Translations under genes and position numbers: made by a program
Notes under the pieces: model-generated
Databases searched by the model: none
Told to the model about the DNA's origin: nothing
What the model saw: the letters and a program-made list of their open reading frames with translations, nothing else
Assembly (NCBI GenBank): GCA_044868045.1
Contig: JBIOWA010000111.1
Location: 1 to 42,373 of the forward strand
Length of the DNA: 42,373 bases
Origin: Candidatus Limnocylindrales bacterium
Lineage (GTDB): Bacteria; Chloroflexota; Limnocylindria; Limnocylindrales; CSP1-4
Direction: 5' to 3'
Part shown: positions 17,962-26,072 of the stretch, piece by piece
Layout of the letters: each line of letters starts with the position of its first letter
How positions within the stretch are numbered: the first letter of the stretch is position 1

Positions 17962-18999
17962 TCACCTGAAGTAGTCGAGCCCCATCGCGGCGTGCACGCT
18001 GGCGATCGTCCGCTGCGCCTCGGCCCGGGCGCGCCGGCGTCCCGCCTCGAGCACGTCCTCGACGATCGTCGGGTTGTCCTGCAGCAGCGCAGCGCGGGAC
18101 TCCCGGATCGGGTCGAGAAATGCATTCAGCGCTCTGGCGAGGCTGCGCTTGACCTCCACGTCCCCGACCCGGCCGGAGCGGTAGCGCTTCTTGAGCTCGG
18201 CCACCTCGTCGATGTTCGTGTTGAAGGCGTCGTGGTAGGCGAAGACCGGATTGCCCTCGACGCGGCCAGGCTCAGTCGCGTGGATCCGCCTCGGGTCCGT
18301 GAACATCCCCATGACCTTCGAATCGACCGTGGCTGGGTCATCGAAGAGGTTGATCGCGTTGTTCCGGGAGCGACCCATCTTCGGATCGCCGTCGGTGCCG
18401 GGTAGAAGGCCGACCCCCGGGATCAACGCTGCCGGCTCGCGGAAGACGGGCCCAAAGGCGGCGTTGAACGAGCGGACGATCTCCCTGGCGATCTCGACGT
18501 GGGAGGCCTGGTCCCGCCCGACGGGCACGACCTCGCCCTGGACGAGCAGGATGTCGCTGGCCTGGAGGATCGGGTAACCGAGCAGCCCGTACGAGGGTTC
18601 GGCGGCCCGAGTCTCGGCCATCTTGTCCTTGAGGGTCGGGATCCTGCGCACGCGGGGGACCGACACCAGCATGCCCAGGAGGAGGAAGAGCTCGGCCGTC
18701 TCCGGGACCTGCGATTGCAGGTAGATCGTCGCCCTTGCGGGGTCGATGCCGACGGCGAGGTTGCCGAGGACGTCCTCGCGGATGTCACGGCCCACGTCGG
18801 GCGTTCGATCCGGCCGCGTGGTGAGCACGTGGTAGTCCGCCACCAGGACGAACGGTTCGAACTCGTCCTGGAGACGAACGCGGTTGGCCAGCGTCCCGAC
18901 GTAGTGCCCGAGGTGGAGCGGGCCGGTCGGTCGATCGCCGGTGAGCATCCGCCGCCGGGGCGCATCGTGCGGCTGACCAACCGCGTCGCTCGCCGGCAT
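17962..18999 (-). CDS. trpS: Tryptophanyl-tRNA synthetase
   Basis: LTGDRPTGPLHLGH, GYPILQASDI, VPVGRDQ, KMGRS (KMSKS variant). Confidence 0.95.
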   Translation of the reverse strand: MPASDAVGQPHDAPRRRMLTGDRPTGPLHLGHYVGTLANRVRLQDEFEPFVLVADYHVLTTRPDRTPDVGRDIREDVLGNLAVGIDPARATIYLQSQVPETAELFLLLGMLVSVPRVRRIPTLKDKMAETRAAEPSYGLLGYPILQASDILLVQGEVVPVGRDQASHVEIAREIVRSFNAAFGPVFREPAALIPGVGLLPGTDGDPKMGRSRNNAINLFDDPATVDSKVMGMFTDPRRIHATEPGRVEGNPVFAYHDAFNTNIDEVAELKKRYRSGRVGDVEVKRSLARALNAFLDPIRESRAALLQDNPTIVEDVLEAGRRRARAEAQRTIASVHAAMGLDYFR

Positions 19000-19010
19000 G
19001 AGGTTGCGAC

Positions 19011-19724
19011 TTACGGCCGGCGTTGCGCCGGCGTCGCGGCGGAGATGGCGACGCAGCACTGACCGGGCTGCGGATCGAGCCTCGCACTGAGGCGGTCGTC
19101 GCCGAGCCCGTCCAGGATGCCGTCGGCCAGCGCGAGGTTCATGTTGCAGACCAGGTCGCGGTGGTCTTCCACCAGCGCGTGGAACGGGCAGTTCCGGAGT
19201 CGGATCTCGCCGGAGGGCGTCTCGGCGGGTTCATAACCGCGAGCCTCCAGTGACTCCTCCAGGGCTGCGCGCAGCCGGCGCCGGCTCGGTCGCGGTCCGC
19301 TCCGCCGGCGGGCGGCCGTCCCGATCCCCTCGCCGAGGCCGTGGGCGGCCGAACGAAGCGCATCGGGCGGCGTTGGCCCGGTAAGTTGCTCCATCGCCGT
19401 CGCCAGGAGCTCGGCTGGGACATCGTAGTGCCGGTCCGGCAGCGAGACGTCGAACTCCCGGGAGCCGCGACGGTAGAGCTTCGACGGGCGCCCGGCACCC
19501 GGCCCTGTCCGGCCAGACAGTCGCCGGTACTCGACCTCGAGCAGCCCGGCGCCGACGAGCTTGTCGAGATGGAACGCCGCCAGAGCACGGGTGACGCCGG
19601 CCGTCGAGGCGGCCTCGTCGCGGTTGAGCGGGCGGCTGGCGTCGGCGACGGCGTCATAGAGCGCCCGGCGGGCAGGTTCGTCCAGCAGGGCAACGGCTTC
19701 GATGTCGGTCGGGTTCGTCGGCAT
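19011..19724 (-). CDS. Winged-HTH transcriptional regulator with C-terminal Cys cluster (metal or Fe-S sensor-like)
   Basis: AFHLDKLV..GLL, GAGRPSKLY, NCPFH..LVC..GQCC; TAGAAT 7 nt upstream of the ATG. Confidence 0.85.
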   Translation of the reverse strand: MPTNPTDIEAVALLDEPARRALYDAVADASRPLNRDEAASTAGVTRALAAFHLDKLVGAGLLEVEYRRLSGRTGPGAGRPSKLYRRGSREFDVSLPDRHYDVPAELLATAMEQLTGPTPPDALRSAAHGLGEGIGTAARRRSGPRPSRRRLRAALEESLEARGYEPAETPSGEIRLRNCPFHALVEDHRDLVCNMNLALADGILDGLGDDRLSARLDPQPGQCCVAISAATPAQRRP

Positions 19725-19732
19725 GGCTCCCA

Positions 19733-19812
19733 TTCTAAAGGAAGTCGTCGCTAACGCAAGACTTGACAGCCTGAGCTGGGTTCTGTATTACTAGCGAATG
19801 CTCACGTTAGAA
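19733..19812. promoter_or_regulatory. Divergent promoter region with inverted repeat
   Basis: TTCTAA (19733-38) and TTAGAA (19807-12) inverted pair; TTGACA at 19763 followed 17 bp later by TATTAC on +; TAGAAT -10 on -. Confidence 0.5.
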
Positions 19813-20266
19813 CGCGCCAGATCGGTTTCGTGGGCATGGTCGTAATCCTGCTCGGCGTCGTCCTCTATGGCGTCCGGCGGACCTGCCGCAGCCGCGCGGG
19901 CGGCGACTCGATCGCCCCGACGCGTGCGACCTCCACCCCAAGGACTTGAAGGCGGCGCCTCGCGAGCGCTCCCGGAGGAACCAGCTATGGATGGACCCGC
20001 CTCGAGAACTCCCAGGACCTTGCCAGAGCGGGGCCAGCCCCGCCTCGCCCGCTGCCAGATCTGCGGCCACCAGCACGCATGCTACGTCGCGGATCGCCCA
20101 GGCCCGATCGGTCCAGAGGGGCCGTCGTGGCTTTCTTCCTTCGCGTGTCTTGGCTGCCTGATGCGGGCAGCCGACCGACCGCACGGACTGCGGATTGCGT
20201 CTATCCGGACTGACCGTCCGGTCACGCCCCGTTAGGCCCGATCTGCGGGCAAAGGAGAACAGAGCG

Positions 20267-20935
20267 ATGCCTCGAAAGCTGGGTCTCGGCGCGATCGTCG
20301 GGGTCCTCACCGCCAGCCTGGCGCTTGCGTTCGCCGTCACCGCCACGCCAGCTGCTGATGCCCACTCGGGGCATGGAGCAGGTTCTGACAAGGCCGCCTT
20401 CCACGACGCGATGCGCAAGCTATGGGAAGACCACATCGTGTGGACCCGCCAGTTCATCGTCAGCGCCGCCACCGAGAGCGGCAACCTCGCCGATATCGGC
20501 CCGACGGCCGACAGGCTCCTCGCCAACCAGACCGATATCGGCAACGCACTCAAGCCGTTCTATGGCTACGCCGCCGGCAACCAGGTAACCGCACTGCTAC
20601 GCGACCACATCCTGACGGCCGCCGAGCTCGTCGCGGCCGCTAAGGCCGGCGACGCGGCCGCGGTCGAGACCGCGTCAGCCGCCTGGTATCAGAACGCCGA
20701 CGACATCGCGACCGCGCTGAACGGGCTCAACCCCGAGCACTGGCCGCTGGCCGAGATGCAGGCCCACATGAAGGACCACCTCGACCTCACGCTCAAGGAG
20801 GCGGTGGCACGGCTCCAGGGCCGCTACGCCAACGACATCGCTGCCTACGACGAGATCCACGTCCAGATCCTGGGCATGGCCGACATGTTGAGCGACGGGA
20901 TCATCGCCCAGTTCCCGGCGAAGTTCGCCCGCTAA
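20267..20935 (+). CDS. Secreted all-helical protein with periodic His residues (uncharacterised)
   Basis: AAGGAG RBS, signal peptide, AHSGHG, WEDH/LRDH/MKDH/EIH helices. Confidence 0.8.
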   Translation: MPRKLGLGAIVGVLTASLALAFAVTATPAADAHSGHGAGSDKAAFHDAMRKLWEDHIVWTRQFIVSAATESGNLADIGPTADRLLANQTDIGNALKPFYGYAAGNQVTALLRDHILTAAELVAAAKAGDAAAVETASAAWYQNADDIATALNGLNPEHWPLAEMQAHMKDHLDLTLKEAVARLQGRYANDIAAYDEIHVQILGMADMLSDGIIAQFPAKFAR

Positions 20936-20941
20936 CGAACA

Positions 20942-20979
20942 GACCCGGGAGAGGCGGTGTTCTTGCCTCTCCCGGAGTC
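20942..20979 (+). terminator. GC-rich hairpin after the secreted-protein gene (terminator or mRNA stabiliser)
   Basis: CCGGGAGAGGC/GCCTCTCCCGG perfect 11-bp stem; no clear U-tract. Confidence 0.5.
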
Positions 20980-21128
20980 TCCCCTTGGCTTCTGCGGGTT
21001 CACGTCGCATTGATGCCGCTTCGCCAGTCCGTTCAGCACACCAGCCTAGGGTCGGTCCGGTGGATCTCTGCGGGTCGCCGATCCAGCAGGCGGCCCGACA
21101 GCCCTCAGGGCTCACCAAGGAACGCTCG

Positions 21129-21815
21129 ATGACACAACCAACCAACGGCCATCACGCCGCCGCTCTAATCACGCCGCCGCTCCTCGCCCGCAGCACGTCC
21201 CACCACGCCCAGCCCCGCCAGCTGTCGGACGAGGACTGGACGCGCTTCGAGGGCTACGCCGCCGAGATCCTGACATCGTTCGGCCTCGATCTGTCCACGC
21301 CGGGCACCAAAGACACGCCGCGACGCTTCCTCCGCGCGATCTTCGATGCGACTGAGGGCTACGACGGTGACCCGAAGCTGCTCACCGCCTTCCCGACCGA
21401 GTGCCGTGGCGGTGCGAACTGCGAACTCGCCCAGGTGGTCGAGGGGCCGATCCCGTTCGTCGGCCTCTGCGAGCACCACGTGCTGCCGTTCGTCGGCCGG
21501 GCGTGGATTGGGTACGTCGCCCACGACCAGATCATCGGGATCAGCAAGCTGACCCGCCTCGTCCGCGTGCTCACGCGCAGGTTCGGCGTCCAGGAGCGGA
21601 TGACGCACGAGATCGCCGACTCCCTCCAAGAGATGGTCAACGCACACGGAACGGCGGTCCTCCTCGAAGCCAGCCACTTGTGCACACAGATGCGGGGAGT
21701 CCGCGAACACGAGCCGCTGACGCGGACGACTGCCTACCGCGGCACGTACATTGCTGACCCCTCGCTGCGAAGTGAGTTCTTCGGCTTGACCCGGACCGGA
21801 GCCGCGAGGGCATGA
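21129..21815 (+). CDS. folE: GTP cyclohydrolase I
   Basis: TPRRF, LCEHHVLPF, IGISKLTRLV, VQERMT, HLCTQMRGV. Confidence 0.93.
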   Translation: MTQPTNGHHAAALITPPLLARSTSHHAQPRQLSDEDWTRFEGYAAEILTSFGLDLSTPGTKDTPRRFLRAIFDATEGYDGDPKLLTAFPTECRGGANCELAQVVEGPIPFVGLCEHHVLPFVGRAWIGYVAHDQIIGISKLTRLVRVLTRRFGVQERMTHEIADSLQEMVNAHGTAVLLEASHLCTQMRGVREHEPLTRTTAYRGTYIADPSLRSEFFGLTRTGAARA

Positions 21816-22732
21816 CACTCACTGCTTCACCGCCGGCGGTGGCCGACCTTGGGCACGTCCGGGACCTCGACGCGCTTTGGCCGGTCGATCTCCTGTGGCA
21901 GTCCGGCATCGACCTGTCCGACGGGGAGGCTAGAGGGGGCGTGCTGCCCGCGGCGCTCGCGGCGCGCTACGCGGCTCCGCTCTCGATCCCGCTGCGGACC
22001 GATCGGCCGACGATTGTCGCAAACTTCGTATCGACGCTCGACGGCGTGGTCGCGCTGGATCGTATCGGCGCCTCCGGTGGCCGCGAGATCAGCGGCAGGT
22101 TCGAGCCCGACCGCTTCCTCATGGGCCTCCTTCGAGCTACGGGGGACGCGGTCCTGGTCGGCGCGGGGACGGTGCGGGCGAGCCGGACGCACGGCTGGAC
22201 GCCGGCGCACGCGCATGCGGCCTCCGTCCCCGGGTTCGCCGCGTGGCGGCGCGAGCTCGGGCTCACCGCCTCACCGGCGACGGTCATCGTCACGGCATCG
22301 GGGTCGCTCCAGCCCGGGTACCTCCCGGAGGATCCCGGGGCTCCCGTGATCGTCGTCACGACGGAGTCGGGCGCCCGGCGCCTCGGCAGCCCTCCACGCG
22401 CTGAGATCGTCTCGGTTAGCGACGGGGATTCGATCCCGATGGACACCCTCCTTACGTTCCTCGACGCGCGCGGGTTCCGACTCGTCGTCTCGGAAGGGGG
22501 ACCCACGGTGTTCGGCGAGCTTCTCGCTTCGTCGGTGATCGACGAGGTCTTCCTCACGCTCGCACCACAGCTCGCCGGTCGGAGCGCCGCGTCGGCGCGA
22601 CTCAGCCTCGTCGAGGGCGTGGCACTCGCGCCAGAAGCGCGGTGGGGCCGGCTCCGGAGCGTGATGCGTTCGAACGACCACCTCTTTCTCCGCTACCAGC
22701 TATCCCAGCCACATCGTGAGGACTTGACATGA
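21812..22732 (+). CDS. RibD C-terminal/DHFR-like pyrimidine or pterin reductase
   Basis: ANFVSTLDG, DAVLVGAGTVR, SEGGPT, IDEVFLTLAP. Confidence 0.85.
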   Translation: MTLTASPPAVADLGHVRDLDALWPVDLLWQSGIDLSDGEARGGVLPAALAARYAAPLSIPLRTDRPTIVANFVSTLDGVVALDRIGASGGREISGRFEPDRFLMGLLRATGDAVLVGAGTVRASRTHGWTPAHAHAASVPGFAAWRRELGLTASPATVIVTASGSLQPGYLPEDPGAPVIVVTTESGARRLGSPPRAEIVSVSDGDSIPMDTLLTFLDARGFRLVVSEGGPTVFGELLASSVIDEVFLTLAPQLAGRSAASARLSLVEGVALAPEARWGRLRSVMRSNDHLFLRYQLSQPHREDLT

Positions 22733-23967
22733 GCTCGATCGAACGCATCGTCATCGTCGGAGCGGGGCTTGCAGCTGCCCGTGCCGCCGAATCACTCCGG
22801 AACGAAGGGTTCGAAGGATCAATCACGATCTTCGGCGACGAGCCGGAGCGGCCCTACCTGCGCCCTCCGCTCTCGAAGCAGTTCCTCCGAGGCGAGGGTG
22901 GCCGCGAACAGGTCTATGTGTACCCCGAGACTTTCTACCCCGAGCAGCGGATCGACCTCGGGTCAGCGACCACGGTATGTGCGATCGAGCCTCGGTCCCG
23001 GGAAGTCGTCCTCGACGGCGAGGACCGGGTGCCGTTTGACCGGCTCCTGATCGCGACAGGGGCTCAGCCGCGGACGCTGCCGGTGCCGGGCGCCGACCTG
23101 CCGGGCGTCATGACGCTCCGCACGATGGCGGATGCGGACGCGATCCGCGCGGCCGCGACCGATGCCGAGCGAATAGCTGTGATCGGCGCGGGCTGGATCG
23201 GAAGCGAGGTCGCCGCATCGCTCCGGATGCTCGGCCGGACCGTTGTCCTGATCGCCCCCGAGGCCGCTCCGCTCGAGCGGGTGCTCGGGCCCGAGGTCGG
23301 CGGCGTCTACCGCGACCTGCACCTCGAGCGCGGGGTCGACTGGCGACCCGGTACGACCGTCCAACGGATCATCGGGACCGCCCGAGTCGAGGGGATCGAG
23401 ACATCGGCAGGGGAGCGGATCTCCGCCGACCTCGTCGTCGCCGGTATCGGCGTGCAGCCGCGAACGGAGCTTGCCGTGTTGGCCGGCGCCGCCGTTGGTG
23501 ACGGGATCGAGGTGAGTTCGACGCTCGAGACCTCGGTGCCCGGCATCTTCGCGGCTGGCGACGTCGCATCGGCGTGGCATCCCTTCTACGAGCGGCGCCT
23601 CCGAACGGAACACTGGGCCAACGCGAAGTTCCAGGGCTCGACCGCCGGCAGGTCGATGCTCGGCGGAACGGAGCCGTACGACCGGATCCCGTACTTCTAC
23701 TCCGACCAGTACGACCTCGGCATGGAGTACACGGGCTGGGCGTCGCCGTCGGACCGGCTCGTCGTCCGCGGCAGCCTCGCTGATCGGCGGTTCGTCGCCT
23801 TCTGGCTTGCCGAGGGTCGTGTAGTCGCGGGGATGAACGCCAACGTCTGGGACGTCGCGAAGCCGATCGAGCGGCTCGTCCGGTCCCGTGCGGTCGTCGA
23901 TCCGGGCGCCCTCGCCGATCCCTCCGTCGCGATCGACGAGCTGGCCGGGGTCGCCGCAGCTGCCTGA
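22729..23967 (+). CDS. FAD-dependent NAD(P)H:ferredoxin reductase-like oxidoreductase
   Basis: GAGLAA, PYLRPPLSK, ATG, GAGWIGSE, AAGDVA, EHWANA, PYFYSDQYD. Confidence 0.92.
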   Translation: MSSIERIVIVGAGLAAARAAESLRNEGFEGSITIFGDEPERPYLRPPLSKQFLRGEGGREQVYVYPETFYPEQRIDLGSATTVCAIEPRSREVVLDGEDRVPFDRLLIATGAQPRTLPVPGADLPGVMTLRTMADADAIRAAATDAERIAVIGAGWIGSEVAASLRMLGRTVVLIAPEAAPLERVLGPEVGGVYRDLHLERGVDWRPGTTVQRIIGTARVEGIETSAGERISADLVVAGIGVQPRTELAVLAGAAVGDGIEVSSTLETSVPGIFAAGDVASAWHPFYERRLRTEHWANAKFQGSTAGRSMLGGTEPYDRIPYFYSDQYDLGMEYTGWASPSDRLVVRGSLADRRFVAFWLAEGRVVAGMNANVWDVAKPIERLVRSRAVVDPGALADPSVAIDELAGVAAAA

Positions 23968-24269
23968 TCCGGCCGCACCCTGTGAAGCCTGCAGGGCGGG
24001 TTGCCGCGCCGCCGCCGACGAGTGCGGTGATTCGACAGCGCCGGCGAGCGCCTGCCACCCTACCTCCGGCTCCAGATCCTGATCACCGAGCACTGGAGCC
24101 TTAGCCAGCCCAGGAGCTCGGCCGGATCGAGCCCAATCAGGTGCCCCAAAGACCAGGGGAGTCAGGTGTCCAAAACCATCTCGTCGGCTCCTCGCCGACG
24201 AGGTCCTAGGACTCCTCAGGCCACAAGATGTTGGGTTTCCCCTTCGGCATGCGCCGCATCTTGTGGAGT

Positions 24270-24343
24270 TGGCTGGCGAGGAAGGATCGGAACCTCAATC
24301 CCCTGATCCAGAGTCAGGCGCCTTACCGCCTGGCCACTCGCCA
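24270..24343 (-). tRNA. Degenerate tRNA-Gln(CTG) copy (pseudo-tRNA or non-canonical)
   Basis: Acceptor and anticodon arms and CCA identical to 4312-4386; T-loop TTCCGAT, T-stem TGAGG/CCTTC, 4-nt variable loop, one D-loop change. Confidence 0.8.
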
Positions 24344-24356
24344 GTGAACGCGGGCC

Positions 24357-24362
24357 ATTCTA
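24357..24362 (-). promoter_or_regulatory. -10 box upstream of the right tRNA-Gln copy
   Basis: TAGAAT 13 nt upstream of the tRNA 5' end. Confidence 0.5.
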
Positions 24363-24407
24363 ACGTAGGTCGTGAGCACATCCCCGCCGGGGCCCTCGCC
24401 GGCCTGC

Positions 24408-24593
24408 CGCCTTGCGCCACATGCATCAACGGTTGCCGACGATCAGGGAACAGCCGATTTCTTGCCATTCCCTTGCGTCTGGAACAACGTGTCGCCCCAA
24501 GGCACGTGGCGGCGTGTCCGACCCCTACACCACACGCAAGTTCAGCGCTGATGAGGGGACGCAGGCGACCGTAGATACCTCTGATGCAAGGCG
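24408..24593. repeat. Palindromic MITE/REP-like element, copy 1
   Basis: ~30-bp imperfect terminal IRs CGCCTTGC..ATCAACGGTTGCC / GGCGACCGTAGAT..GCAAGGCG plus an internal IR; related to 39258-39432. Confidence 0.65.
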
Positions 24594-24635
24594 TCCCGGT
24601 GCCTTTGCGTGAGGCGCAATGACCCGGGCTTGCCT

Positions 24636-25337
24636 CTACGCAACGCCCTCACGCGGCGCCTCGATCTCGATGAGCACCGCGCCGGTGACATTGACGACCT
24701 GCGAACCGCCGTGGTCGAGGCGCCACGACTCGACACTTGCCGGGTGCACATGGCCGTGCAACCAGAGGGGCGGTCGGAACCGGTCGAGCAGCCATCGATA
24801 GGCCGAGAACCCCTCGTGGTACGTGTCCGCGGCGCCGTCACCGACGCCGAGGGGCGGGGCATGGCTGAGCACCACCACCGACCGGCCTTGCCCCGTGAGC
24901 CGTCGCACGAGCAGCCCGATCGTGAGTCGAGCGACGTCAAGCGCCGCGCTACCGTCATGGCGCTTTCGATCGCGGTGTCGGATGCCGGGCCACTCGAGCG
25001 TCAGGACCGGCAACCCGTCGAGCTCGTCGATCGATCCCGTCCGGAGGGCCATCGGCGAAAACTCCGCAACCGACTCCGCCCAACGGCCGCCGCGGTCGTG
25101 ATTGCCGCGCACGTAGACCATCGGCACTCCGAACGCATCCGCCAGGAATCCGAGGTAGTCGGGTTGCAGATCGCCAGCGCCGACGATCGCGTCGAGGGGA
25201 CCGAGCTCCCTGCGATTCACCTCGTATTGGAGCGCCGGCTCCTCGTCGTCCGAGACGGCGAGCCAGCGAATGGAGCGGTCGTCTCGAGCGCGAAAGGGGG
25301 CTGCATCCGGCCACACGATCCGCATGCGTCGGATCAT
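24636..25337 (-). CDS. Calcineurin-like metallophosphoesterase
   Basis: AVSD, GAGDL, RGNHD, SHAPP, HGHVH. Confidence 0.9.
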   Translation of the reverse strand: MIRRMRIVWPDAAPFRARDDRSIRWLAVSDDEEPALQYEVNRRELGPLDAIVGAGDLQPDYLGFLADAFGVPMVYVRGNHDRGGRWAESVAEFSPMALRTGSIDELDGLPVLTLEWPGIRHRDRKRHDGSAALDVARLTIGLLVRRLTGQGRSVVVLSHAPPLGVGDGAADTYHEGFSAYRWLLDRFRPPLWLHGHVHPASVESWRLDHGGSQVVNVTGAVLIEIEAPREGVA

Positions 25338-26005
25338 GCCGGGTCGTCGGGGCCGTGGTCGGAATGCTCAGTCTGGCGCAGACCGCGCACCGCGCGGGCC
25401 GCATCCACTTCGGCCTCGAGCGTGCCGATGGGTTCCGTCCGCCGACCTCCGGGCGGGATGAGCTCGGTGACGGACGCGTCGATCTCCGGCTGGTTCCCGT
25501 ACAGCGCCAGTGCCACGCGGTTATGGCCGTCGGTCACCCAGTACCAATCGTCGTATTTCTCGACGTCGATGGGCGGCAGGATCGTCAGCGCATCCTGGGC
25601 CTTGCGCAGGCGCTGCCAGCGGGCCTTCCAGTTCATGCTTCGGAACGGTTTGAGCGGCAGAAAATCGCCGCCCCGCTGATCCCCGCCGGCGACGGCCGTG
25701 CCACGGATCCTGTCGATCGGGATCGACCTCAGGCCGACGAGGACGGGCCTGGCTCGATCCGCCTCGGGATACAGGTCGTGGAGCGACGGAAGGGACTCGC
25801 GAGCGAGGCGCCGGAGGCGGCGGACGCGCAATCGAGGCATGTCACCGATCGTGCTGGCTGCCGCGCCCAATGCCGCGGTCACGCCCTCCACGACTGGTTC
25901 CGCCGCGGTCTCGGCACCGTGCAGCAGCCGACCGACCGGGCCCCGGGTCGGTGCGTCCCCCTCCGGCGCACGGTCGTGCCCGCGGTCTTCGCCGTCGTCA
26001 CGCAT
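25334..26005 (-). CDS. Stand-alone ParB/Srx-like N-terminal domain protein
   Basis: IPIDRIRGT, DFLP, LPPIDV, VTDGHNRV; no HTH seen; stop overlaps the phosphoesterase start. Confidence 0.7.
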   Translation of the reverse strand: MRDDGEDRGHDRAPEGDAPTRGPVGRLLHGAETAAEPVVEGVTAALGAAASTIGDMPRLRVRRLRRLARESLPSLHDLYPEADRARPVLVGLRSIPIDRIRGTAVAGGDQRGGDFLPLKPFRSMNWKARWQRLRKAQDALTILPPIDVEKYDDWYWVTDGHNRVALALYGNQPEIDASVTELIPPGGRRTEPIGTLEAEVDAARAVRGLRQTEHSDHGPDDPA

Positions 26006-26072
26006 GCGAGACGATTCTGCCCGATGTCGAGCGGGCGAGGGTTACGCGGCCCCGTCTGGTACCCTGCCGCGG

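Larger units (their letters stand above)
4387..24269. mobile_element. Genomic island integrated at tRNA-Gln, no intact integrase
   Basis: Bounded by direct tRNA-Gln copies with homologous 3' flanks; contains an IS481, a pseudogene, an att-like tRNA-Thr scar and accessory modules. Confidence 0.7.

Noticed and set aside
19820-20260. ORFs between the regulator and the secreted protein
   Set aside because: No recognisable motifs or consistent frame; may be a decayed gene or long leader but cannot be supported
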